Source: Eledone cirrhosa (taxonomy: Eukaryota). Taken from it: a DNA stretch of 64,000 nucleotides. Position 1 is the first letter of the stretch. The number at the start of each line of letters is the position of its first letter. Both the position numbers and the translations under genes were made by a program. The stretch spans positions 232,438,001-232,502,000 of the forward strand of contig OZ024742.1 of the NCBI GenBank assembly GCA_964016885.1, given 5' to 3'. Below the pieces are notes generated by a model, which made no database searches, was not told the origin of the DNA, and saw only the letters and a list, made by a program, of their open reading frames with translations. Positions 39,942 through 49,789 of this stretch are shown here, in pieces.

Positions 39942-40554
39942 TGTCCCGGAAAAATGTATACACACTTTGATTACTTGTACAACCAATATATATATTAGAA
40001 TGGTGTATATATATATGGTGTCCCGGAAAAATGTATACACACTTTGATTACCTGTACAACCAATATATTATATATTAGAATGGTGTATACATTTTTCAGG
40101 ACCCTATATATATATGGTTTCCCCGAAAAATGTATACACACTTTGATTACCTGTACAGGCAATATATATATTAGAATGGTGTATACATTTTTAGGGACAC
40201 CGGTATATATATATATGGTGTCCCCGAAAAATGTATACACACTTTGATTACCTGTACAGGCAATATATATATTAGAATGGTGTATACATTTTTAGGGACA
40301 CCGGTATATATATATATATATATATATATGGTGTCCCCGAAAAATGTATACACACTTTGATTACCTGTACAGGCAATATATATATTAGAATGGTGTATAC
40401 ATTTTTAGGGACCCCGGTATATATATATATGGTGTCCCCGAAAAATGTATACACACTTTGATTACTTGTACAACCAATATATATATTAGAATGGTGTATA
40501 TATATATGGTGTCCCGGAAAAATGTATACACACTTTGATTACCTGTACAACCAA
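37345..40554. repeat. Satellite of ~85-bp Tc1/mariner-type MITE units separated by variable (TA)n (about 30 units)
   Basis: Unit GGTGTCCCCGAAAAATGTATACAC-ACTTTGATTACCTGTACAGGCAATATATATATTAGAATG-GTGTATACATTTTTAGGGACCCCGG has inverted ends; the array resumes at 41567-41745 and 45063-45560. Confidence 0.95.
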
Positions 40555-41566
40555 TCTATATAGATAAAACTGTGGTTGTCTGTCTGTCTATCGATTTTTG
40601 GCACACATCTCCTCTTAGAATCTCTCACGGAATTGCACCGAAATTGCTATACTTGTACATTGAGCCCTAGCGAAGACATCGGAAAAAAAATATTTCAAAT
40701 TGACCCACCCTATGTGACGAAATCGAATATAATGTATCGATTTTTGAGCGTAAGTGATCAGTTATTTCCCTTTGTTCTGTTTACATTGAGCGTCTGCGTG
40801 TAAAAATTAAAAAAAATTACGCTGGCTTTCTCAGCGAAGCCTTTTAAAACAATATTTTTACTTGAAAACAAGTCTATTTAAAGACTACGTAAAACAAGCA
40901 AATATTTCGTAAAAAAAAAGCAAAAATTATATAAGTTTATTTAAAATATATGTATCTGTAAATTTCGTTAGGCGTGCAGACAGACAGTCGTGCAGATAGA
41001 TAGTCGTGCAGAGAGGTGATATAGGCGTGCAGACAGATAGTCGTGCAGAGAGGTGATATAGGCGTGCAGACAGATAGTCGTGCAGAGAGGTGATATAGGC
41101 GTGCAGACAGACAGTCGTGCAGAGAGGTGATATAGGCGTGCAGACAGATAGTCGTGCAGAGAGGTGATATAGGCGTGCAGACAGATAGTCGTGCAGAGAG
41201 GTGATATAGGCGTGCAGACAGATAGTCGTGCAGAGAGGTGATATAGGCGTGCAGACAGACATAACTGATAATTTGGTTACGCTAATGTTTTTCTCTGCGT
41301 TGCAGTGTTTACATTTTCGATCTTTGTTAATAAATAACCAGTGCAGTTTCTATCCCCAGCATCCTCTTTTGTTATAACATTCGGGTTATCGTTATGTTTT
41401 CTTAACTTCATAAGGCATATTGTTGGTTGAGGGAATATTAATCAAAAACACCACATGCAAGTCTGCACAGTAGACACTACAGTTTTTAAGCCAAGAAAGA
41501 AACTTAACATTGTAACTTTAACACAGCTACTGAGCGACCCCGAGCAACGCCGGGCTTTACTGCTAG
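40555..41566 (+). mobile_element. Non-autonomous Helitron
   Basis: 5' TC(TATATAGATAAAA), subterminal hairpin CCCGAGCAACGCCGGG, 3' CTAG, inserted A|T with no TSD. Removing it restores the satellite unit ACAACCAA|TATATTATATATTAGAATGG seen intact at ~39090. Confidence 0.9.
40970..41260. repeat. 37-bp minisatellite inside the Helitron
   Basis: AGGCGTGCAGACAGATAGTCGTGCAGAGAGGTGATAT repeated about 7-8 times. Confidence 0.95.
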
Positions 41567-41705
41567 TATATTATATATTAGAATGGTGTATACATTTTTC
41601 AGGACCCTATATATATATGGTTTCCCCCCAAAAATGTATACACACTTTGATTACCTGTACAGGCAATATATATATTAGAATGGTGTATACATTTTTAGGG
41701 ACACC

Positions 41706-41745
<40 letters not shown>

Positions 41746-41748
<3 letters not shown>

Positions 41749-44700
41749 TCATCATCATCATCATCACCGTTTTACGTCCGTTCTTCCACGCTAGCATGGG
41801 TTAGACGGGTTGTCCTGTTGTGGGCAGTGTCTGGTCGGCTGACCATGCCTTGCTCATACAGGAACTGATCTGGCTTGATTTCTACAGCTGGATGCCCTTT
41901 CTAACACCAACCTCATTTACAGTGAGTGCTGGGTGCTTTTTCGTGGCGCCTACACGTCCACTTTACAGTGTGGGCTGGGTGCTTTTTTGCCGTGGCACCT
42001 CCACGACCACCTTGCGGTGGGGGGGGGGGGCATATTGTTTATATGCTTCAGCATGTACCCATGGGAGGTCGGGTACCCTGTATTACTGCGTGACGCCAGA
42101 GGTCACGGTCGTGTGTCATTGACTTTGAGAGGTGTAGTTGGGTAAAGTCGGCTTTTATCACCTCATCCCAAGTCATCTTGGGTCTCCCCACTCCGCGGTT
42201 TCCATCAACTTCTAGTGCTCTGCACCTTTTTATGCAGCTGTCATCCTTCATACGCATCACATGTCCATACCAGCGTAACCGCCTCTCCTGCACGCAGCAT
42301 TTGATTCCTCTTATGATCAGTCTCTCTCTCAATTCATTTATGCTTTGTCGTTCACGTATATTGCTGTTACACATCCATCGGAGCATGCAGGCTTCGTTTC
42401 TCTCTAATCTACGTAAGTCTTCCACCTTCAGCGCCCAGGTCTCACTACCATGCAACATCGCTGTTCGGATACACGCATCATACAGTCTGCCTTTCATTCT
42501 GAGGGAGAAGCCTTTTGCAGCTAGCAGTGGTAGTAGTTCCCTAAACTTCTTCCATCCCGTTCTTACCCTAGTTATTGTACTTTCTGAGCACCCACCTCCG
42601 TTGCTAATTCGGTCACCTAGGTAGCAGAAGCTGTCTACTGTTTCTACAGGGCCCTCCCAGAGATTGGTGGTACTTGTTTCCTGTGGCTGTTTGCTTGCTG
42701 TTTCAGCACAGCTGCTGCATGTGAATCCTACATTCTTAATTAAGCTTCCTGAGATCCCGCTACATCTCTTGTGTACCCATTGTTTGCATTTGGGGCAAAG
42801 AATGGAGTTCCTACCTACACCTTTCCTACATACTGAGCAAGGCCATTTCCCTGAGGGGATCTGGGTTCTGTTTTCTCGTCTACTTATAAGGACCTTAGTC
42901 TTTGTCATGTTGACTTTGAGGCCCTTTCTCTCTAGTCCCTGCTTCCAGGTTTGGAATTTATTCTCTAGTTCTACCATAGATTCAGCTATGAGTGCGAGGT
43001 CATCAGCATACAGGAGTTCCCATGGGCATCCGGTCTTAAACTCCTCCGTTATTGCCTGCAGGACTATGATGAACAGGAGAGGGCTAAGAACAGAGCCCTG
43101 GTGGACCCCAACCTGTACGCTAAATTCCTCGCTATACTCATTGCCAATCCTAACTTTGCTGACTGCTCCCCTATACATGGCTTGTACCGCTTTCACAAGC
43201 CATTCATCTACTCCTAGTTTTCTAAGAGCCCACCAGATTACTGCACGTGGAACTCTGTCAAAGGCTTTCTCAAGGTCGACAAATGCCAAGTAGAGTGGCT
43301 TACTTTTAGCTAGGTACTTTTCCTGTAATTGCCTCACAAGGAAGAGCGCATCAGTGGTGCCTTTCCCTGGTACAAACCCAAATTGCATCTCGTCTATATT
43401 CACCCGGTCCCTAATCAGCTGTGCTATAACTCTTTCTGTTACTTTCATGACCTGGTCCATCAACTTTATACCTCTATAGTTTCCTCTATCTAGTGCATCG
43501 CCTTTACCTTTGTAGCAGTTGACAATGATGCTACTGCACCAATCTTTTGGTATGGCCCCCTCTAGTATTACCTGGTTAACGATACGTGTGGTTATAGTGT
43601 GACCTACAGACCCAGATGCCTTCAGCATCTCGGCAGCTATACCCGATGGACCGGTTGCCTTCCCTATCTTCATATCTCTGATTGCCTTACTTACTACGCT
43701 GCCGCTGACTTGTACTGCTGGTCCCTCTATAGGGTCTACTTGGGGTAGGGTCTCTTCTTCCCATGCATTCTCCTCATTTAGTAATCTATCATAATGACTC
43801 TTCCATGCATCTTTCTTCTCAGCACTTGTGAGGGCAAGCTCACCTTTATCATTCCGGATACACTTCTCTCCAATGACATCACAACTATCTCTGACACACT
43901 GCCTCGCAATCTTGAATACCTCCTGTTTCTGGTCCTCACGTTGTAAAACATGCTTGAATTTTCTATCCTCTGCTTCCCTCCTAGCTAAGTATACTTGTCG
44001 CCTAGCTTCCCTCTTGGTCTCTATGTAATGTACCCTGCTCCCCCCGTTCTTCCATTCTTTCCATGCCTGTCTCTTGGCCTTGACTGCTTCATCTACCTTA
44101 TTGTTCCACCACCAAGTCACTCTCCTCCTGCTTGAGGTCTTACTCCAGCCACAAACCTCATCCGTCGCCTCTAGTAAGTTATTTTTTAGGAACTCCCAGT
44201 TCTCTTCTACGTTAAATGTCTCTATCTGTTCTTCTTTACTGTCGTAGGCGTTGAGTAAAATATCTTTAAATCTGTTACTGGTTGAGGGGACTTTCAGCTT
44301 CCAGATCTTTCTTCTCCATGTTGGCCTCTGTTTCAGGGCTCGTCTAGTTCTGACCGTGAGGTCGCTGACAACTAAGCTATGTTGGGATGTACATTCCTCA
44401 CTAGGGAAGGCTTTTGTGTTTACGACCGTCCATCTGTCACGTCCTCTGATGAGGATAAAATCTAACTGACTAGAGTGCTCCCCTGATCTATAGGTGATCA
44501 GGTGGTTGTCGGGTTTTTTAAAGTTTGTGTTACATATCGACATGTCATTGGCGTCGCAGAATTCTAGAAGTCTGAATCCTTCCTCATTCCTTGTGCCAAC
44601 TCCATGGCCTCCATGTACTCTATTGAAGCCGTCGCAGTGTTTACCTACGTGTCCGTTAAAATCTCCTGCAATGATTAGGAAGTCCTTGTCGTCTGTTAGA

Positions 44701-45062
44701 GCAGTAGTGTGTATTAGGGACTCGTAAAACCTATCCTTAAGTTCGTCTGGCAGCCCCGATTGGGGTGCGTAAGCTGATATTATTGTGGTAATTGTCTTAT
44801 TCAGGACTAGTCTGAGTTTAATGATTCTTGCATTTACCCTGTACACTGAGATTACTTTATCTACCCACTTGTCAGCTAATAGTATACCTACACCACCCAT
44901 CCCATCGTCATTTCCCACCCAGAAAAATTTGTAGCACTGGCTTTTTCCTACAAGGACTCTAGCAGACCCTCCTCTCCATCTAGTCTCTTGCACACAGCAT
45001 ACATCAACTTCCTTTCGCTCTAGCATTTCTACGATTTCTCCTGCTCTTCCTTTCATTGAGCC
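41746..45062 (-). mobile_element. RTE-clade LINE, 5'-truncated at the very start of the endonuclease, inserted in a (TA)n spacer of the satellite
   Basis: (GAT)n tail at 41746-41767, 3' UTR, and one uninterrupted EN-RT ORF; satellite units continue on both sides. Confidence 0.97.
42048..45056 (-). CDS. RTE APE-endonuclease / reverse transcriptase ORF (~1000 aa, no internal stops)
   Basis: MKGRAGEIVEML, CCVQETRW, AGDFNGH, SQLDFIL, FVDLEKAFD, QGSVLSP, YADD; the ORF-track N-terminus upstream of 45062 is satellite read-through. Confidence 0.93.
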   Translation of the reverse strand: MKGRAGEIVEMLERKEVDVCCVQETRWRGGSARVLVGKSQCYKFFWVGNDDGMGGVGILLADKWVDKVISVYRVNARIIKLRLVLNKTITTIISAYAPQSGLPDELKDRFYESLIHTTALTDDKDFLIIAGDFNGHVGKHCDGFNRVHGGHGVGTRNEEGFRLLEFCDANDMSICNTNFKKPDNHLITYRSGEHSSQLDFILIRGRDRWTVVNTKAFPSEECTSQHSLVVSDLTVRTRRALKQRPTWRRKIWKLKVPSTSNRFKDILLNAYDSKEEQIETFNVEENWEFLKNNLLEATDEVCGWSKTSSRRRVTWWWNNKVDEAVKAKRQAWKEWKNGGSRVHYIETKREARRQVYLARREAEDRKFKHVLQREDQKQEVFKIARQCVRDSCDVIGEKCIRNDKGELALTSAEKKDAWKSHYDRLLNEENAWEEETLPQVDPIEGPAVQVSGSVVSKAIRDMKIGKATGPSGIAAEMLKASGSVGHTITTRIVNQVILEGAIPKDWCSSIIVNCYKGKGDALDRGNYRGIKLMDQVMKVTERVIAQLIRDRVNIDEMQFGFVPGKGTTDALFLVRQLQEKYLAKSKPLYLAFVDLEKAFDRVPRAVIWWALRKLGVDEWLVKAVQAMYRGAVSKVRIGNEYSEEFSVQVGVHQGSVLSPLLFIIVLQAITEEFKTGCPWELLYADDLALIAESMVELENKFQTWKQGLERKGLKVNMTKTKVLISRRENRTQIPSGKWPCSVCRKGVGRNSILCPKCKQWVHKRCSGISGSLIKNVGFTCSSCAETASKQPQETSTTNLWEGPVETVDSFCYLGDRISNGGGCSESTITRVRTGWKKFRELLPLLAAKGFSLRMKGRLYDACIRTAMLHGSETWALKVEDLRRLERNEACMLRWMCNSNIRERQSINELRERLIIRGIKCCVQERRLRWYGHVMRMKDDSCIKRCRALEVDGNRGVGRPKMTWDEVIKADFTQLHLSKSMTHDRDLWRHAVIQGTRPPMGTC

Positions 45063-45557
45063 TATATATATATATATATATATGGTGCCCCCGAAAAATG
45101 TATACACACTTTGATTACCTGTACAGGCCATATATATATTAGAATGGTGTATACATTTTTAGGGACACCGGTATATATATATATATATGGTGTCCCCGAA
45201 AAATGTATACACACTTTGATTACCTGTACAGGCAATATATATATTAGAATGGTGTATACATTTTTAGGGACACCGGTATATATATATATATATATATATA
45301 TATGGTGTCCCGGAAAAATGTATACACACTTTGATTACTTGTACAACCAATATATATATTAGAATGGTGTATACATTTTTAGGGACCCCGGTATATATAT
45401 ATATGGTGTCCCCGAAAAATGTATACACACTTTGATTACCTGTACAGGCAATATATATATTTGAATGGTGTATACATTTTTAGAGACCCCGGTATATATA
45501 TATATATATATATATATATGGTGTCCCCGAAAAATGTATACACACTTTGATTACCTG

Positions 45558-45600
45558 TACTAGACTACTCGTGACCCGTTGGGTCACGAGTAGTCTAGTA
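45558..45600. repeat. Perfect 20-bp-stem hairpin
   Basis: TACTAGACTACTCGTGACCC-GTT-GGGTCACGAGTAGTCTAGTA. Confidence 0.95.
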
Positions 45601-45656
45601 TATATATATATACAATGATATTAAATAAATGGAAACTATATTTATAAAACCATATT

Positions 45657-45718
45657 TATTCTATTATATATATTTCAAGGGTACCAAAAATGTTGGTACG
45701 CTTTCATCAGATAAAATA
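45657..45718 (-). ncRNA. Minimal type I hammerhead ribozyme motif (inverted copy)
   Basis: Exact reverse complement of 45846-45907. Confidence 0.65.
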
Positions 45719-45845
45719 CAAAGAGTGTTTTACAAATTTTAACATAGTCAAGGAAACATACCTTATCAGATGAATCTTCCTTGGGTAGATTCAACTGATA
45801 AGGTATGTTTCCTTGACTATGTCAAAATTTATAAAACACTCTTTG

Positions 45846-45907
45846 TATTTTATCTGATGAAAGCGTACCAACATTTTTGGTACCCTTGAAATATATATAA
45901 TAGAATA
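45846..45907 (+). ncRNA. Minimal type I hammerhead ribozyme motif
   Basis: Stem I UAUUUUAU/AUAGAAUA (one G-U), core CUGAUGA 45854-45860, stem II AAGCGUACCAA/UUGGUACCCUU (one mismatch), GAAA 45888-45891, palindromic mini stem III UAUAUA, U-H = UA at 45898-45899. Confidence 0.7.
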
Positions 45908-46214
45908 AATATGGTTTTATAAATATAGTTTCCATTTATTTAATATCATTGAATATTTACTCCAGAAATCTGTCGAGTGCTCTGAATCAGTTATAAACAT
46001 ATATATTTGTTGAATTTCCAACAAATTAAATATCCCTTCTACTTATATATATATATTTACATATATACATACTAACATTGTGTGTATATTTATGATTAAA
46101 AAAGTATTTAATTTAATAATTCCTTGATTTCAATGTTCTGTATAAAGACGCTTGAATCCTTGACTTTCTCGTGTCACTCCAACCATCACTATATTTCCTT
46201 TTACATTCATCTAA

Positions 46215-46409
46215 CCCTTTAATATTTACTATTATATTTTCACAATAAAGGCTTTACCTCACATAATTACCTCACATAATATCCAATCTATGAGATTTTG
46301 ATATTATTTATTTCGAGAACAATACCTTAACGTCAGTATGAGTGACCGATTACAGCCAGTTTGAACAGAAAGAGTTGAGAGAATTTTGGCCGGTTTAAGT
46401 GCTAAAGGG
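46215..46409. mobile_element. piggyBac-like MITE
   Basis: (C)TAA|CCCTTTA...CTAAAGGG|TTAA. Confidence 0.8.
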
Positions 46410-46767
46410 TTAAATTAATTACATTAATTTTCTACCATATTTTTATCAAACATATATCCACAAAATTACGTGACTTTGTTCTGCTTATATATCGGTCTAT
46501 CTTTGCACAGCTATTTTGAATCATGCTTTGTTGTTTGTTCTATCCAAAGATAGATACATGCTAAAAAAAGTTATGACTGTCCCTAGCCATCAGGTCAAGT
46601 AATCAAACCCATGAGCTATCTGTTCATGTAAATATATATAGACTGTTATCGGTAGATATGCAGGCAGATAGATAGATAGACAGGTAGGTAGATAGATAAA
46701 TAGACAGATATGTAGATAGACGGTGAGCTAGCTAGCTAGATAGGCATGTATGAATGTAGATAGATAT

Positions 46768-47870
46768 ATTTCTTTATTAGCCATAAGGGTGCACAAGAAA
46801 AGGGGACAAAACAAAGACATGCCGGGATTTTACTTACAATCATGTAAAAAAAAATATAAAACAAACAATTATAACAATCAAAATCCCCAATAAGGGGGAG
46901 GTGCCACAAATGGGTTGTTTAATACCCCGTCGATAAAACAACCCTCAACTTCAGGAGCGTGTTGTGCAAGTGCTCCTTTCTTCCTTTTGCTCTCTTCTTC
47001 AACCTACAGGTTTATATACAGAGAAGGCCCAATCACTCAGGCCATTTTTGCCACATTCACCCACCTTTCAGTAAATTTACTGGGGTGCAGTGCCTCTCTC
47101 TCCACCCTGATTCTCCTTCTAAAGTGGTATCTAAAGAAGGGAATGAGTTGTTGTCCGGAGAGAAAGGCATCTGTCCTCAGTCCTCTCAATCTCGTCCACC
47201 ATATAACCTCTTTCACCATAGCCACTATACAGAGGAAAAGTGCCTCTCTTTCGTTTTTGAAAGAAGTTGGCAGTTTGATCCTTACTATGGACTCGGCAGT
47301 CAACTGGATTTGTCCCATACGCGACAGCAGTTGTTCTGCGTAGTTCCACAGGTCGGTTACACCCGGGCAGTGTACAATTGCGTGCAGGACGGTTTCAATG
47401 TCCTGCTCGCATCTTGGACACGTCCTCTTGGAAGGATCCCTGCTGGGGCGTCCGTGCCTGTAGATCTTGTCACAAACTGGTAGAGCTCCTCGGTAGCACT
47501 GCCAGGCCAGGGACTACTGGAAGTTGTCCATGGGTCCCGGGCAGAAAGTCCTACCAAATAGACTGGTGAGTTCGTCGTCTTTGTCGCCTAGAGTCTTTCC
47601 AAGCACGTTGTTGCCCTTGTGACGTACTAACCCTCTATAGAATGTCGAAGTGTAGTCTCCACTGATTGCCGTGCCCGCTTGACAGAGGACTGTGAGCGTC
47701 TGCTGAGCGCATTCAATGTGCCAGGCGCCCATCTTCTTCGGTCTTCGCTTGACCCAGGACTGCCGCTCCGTCCGTCAGCGAGACAAGTTGCGAGAAGGCC
47801 TGTCTGCAAGAGCAATAGATCTGCTTGAGTACTTGGTCTATGACCACCTATCCAACTCGTGTTCTCAGGG
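46768..47870 (-). mobile_element. 5'-truncated L1/Tx1-clade LINE (RT C-terminal CCHC region + 3' end)
   Basis: The minus strand gives RGALPV...TCPRCEQDIETVLHAIVHCP and KEVIWWTR; ends TAATAAAGAAA beside a degenerate (GATA)n tract at ~46650-46765. Confidence 0.8.
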
Positions 47871-47999
47871 AAAAATGAATATGGTAATGATGGTATTCCA
47901 TATTAACTCATAATATCTTGTAATTATTTAGCTGAAGATATCTCAATATGTTTTTTTTTTCATTCATGTTTATAGTGACTTTACTATATGAAATGCAAG

Positions 48000-49520
48000 T
48001 TATCCTGATTTTTCCAGAGACACCAATTTAGGATAGTTTTTTCAACAGAATGTTATGATCGACCCTGTCAAAGGTCTTGTTGAAATCAAGGTGGATGACA
48101 TCAGTGTTGAAGCCTTCCCCCAAATCTCTTAAAATATCATCAAAGTGATGCAAGAGCTGTATTAGACAGTCCCTTCCATTATGGAGTTCAGCAGATTGTT
48201 GCTTTCAAAGAAGTGAATTATTCGTGATCTCACCACCCTCGCAAATACCTTAATGAAATGAGAGGTGAGTGAGATCAGGTCATAATTCACTGCAAGGAAC
48301 TTGTTTCCCTTTTTGAAAACTAGGACAGAAAGTTTTCTAGTTAGTTCCTCCACAAATTAGCAAGAGGGGATGCAAGTTGGTGTAGTCATACCTTCAGGAC
48401 ACTAGCAGGGCCTACCGCTTGGTTGTATTTAATTTTGTGTACTGCCACTAAGACATCAGGGGCACCAAACGTTATGTCCAATATAGTGTGTTAGGGATTA
48501 ACATCACTGATATAGCCCAGATCAGCCATATCAGGATTGCTGAAAACACAGCAGTATTGTTTCTGCAATATTTTACCCATGGTTTTAGAATTGTCTTGGA
48601 GAGTACCATTTTTATCAATCTGAGGGACAACAGGGGAGACAGTGACCTTGCGTTTCTTTGCAAATGAAAAGAACACTTTAGGATTGAGTTTGATTTTCTC
48701 AATGGCCCATTCCTCCTCAGCTGTTCTTTGGTTATTGAGGATGGTTTTCATGCATTTTTTGGAGATTATACTTTTTCTATTCAAGCAGTGTGGTAGCAGT
48801 CAAATGTGTATGTTGCTGTTGGCAGAATTTTAATTTATTGATTTTTTTTTGTTTATTCTTTTATTTTTCTGATAATAGTTTTTCTGTTTTGGGGGATTCT
48901 GCATTTAGTTTTGTTCACAGATCTTGATGGGGTATGTTTTGCACATGTATTTGTAACAGTGTCTACAAATATCTGCCAAGATGTTTTGATGCGTGGATGT
49001 GTGTGCATGTGTGAAATACTAGTCAACATGTGATAGATCATTAGTGATTGAATTCCAGTTTGCATTATGAAAATCCATGTTATCAAATGGGTTGGTTGGA
49101 GGAAGGTCATTGGGTTTAGCTTTTGGCGGGTGGAATCTCAGGTTATAGAGAACCATGTCATGGCCTGAGAAGAGGTTTTACCACTGTAATATTGTGTATA
49201 GTATCAGTGTGGTTATTAAACACTACGAAGGGGTGCTGAAAAGTTCCTGGCTTGATCGCTGTTACAGAGGCATGGTTGGAGGCCCGACCATCCAAACTCT
49301 TTTTACAGAGCTTAGAAAAACTGAAGGACCACTGCAATAAGTGTGGGAATATGTTGAATAAAATCATAATTAACTGATCCTCCTGTATTTTCTTTTACCC
49401 AAAGCCAGGAACTTTTCAACACCCCCTCGTATCTTGGTGCAAAAACAAAAGAAAATCTCATCCATAGAGTTGAGAAATGACACTACTGCTGCTTTATCTG
49501 CAATTGAGGTGAAAGTACTT
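48000..49520 (-). mobile_element. Decayed CR1/L2-group LINE fragment
   Basis: KLNPKVFFSFAK, NYDLISLTSHFIKVF and IHLDFNKTFDRVDHNILLKKL on the minus strand; many stops. Confidence 0.8.
49226..49429. mobile_element. mariner-derived MITE nested in the LINE fragment
   Basis: TA|CGAAGGGGTGCTGAAAAGTTCCTGGCTT ... AAGCCAGGAACTTTTCAACACCCCCTCG|TA. Confidence 0.9.
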
Positions 49521-49789
49521 GGTTTCAAATGGCTTGTAGACCCATATATATATGTATATTATAATATATATGTATCATCATTTAACATCCATTTTCCATG
49601 CTAACATGGGTTAGACTGGTTGTCCCGTTTAAGGCAAGTTGGGTCAGGTGACCGTATCTTGCTCATGCAGAACTGTTTCTGGCTTGGTTTCTATGGCTGG
49701 ACACCTTTCCTAATGCCAACCACATTTACAGTGTGTGCTGAGTGCTTTTTGTCGTGACTCCTACTGTATGTATGTGTGTGTGTGTGTGT

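Larger units (their letters stand above)
45613..46045 (+). mobile_element. Penelope-like fold-back insertion (inverted arm + forward arm + ~90-bp tail) in (TA)n
   Basis: 45613-~45780 is a near-perfect reverse complement of ~45784-45951; each arm carries a hammerhead motif; bounded by (TA)n. The Penelope assignment is inferred because no ORF is present. Confidence 0.65.

Noticed and set aside
37345-40554. Repeat-spacer periodicity with palindromic units, superficially CRISPR-like
   Set aside because: Spacers are only (TA)n, units are ~85 bp, no cas genes are present and the context is a eukaryotic intron.
42178-44727. ORFs antisense to the RTE ORFs (also 1527-3510)
   Set aside because: Shadow frames of the RT coding strand with no independent motifs.
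45063-45131. First residues of the 1027-aa ORF (MACTGNQSVY...)
   Set aside because: Satellite and (TA)n sequence that happens to be in frame with the truncated LINE ORF.
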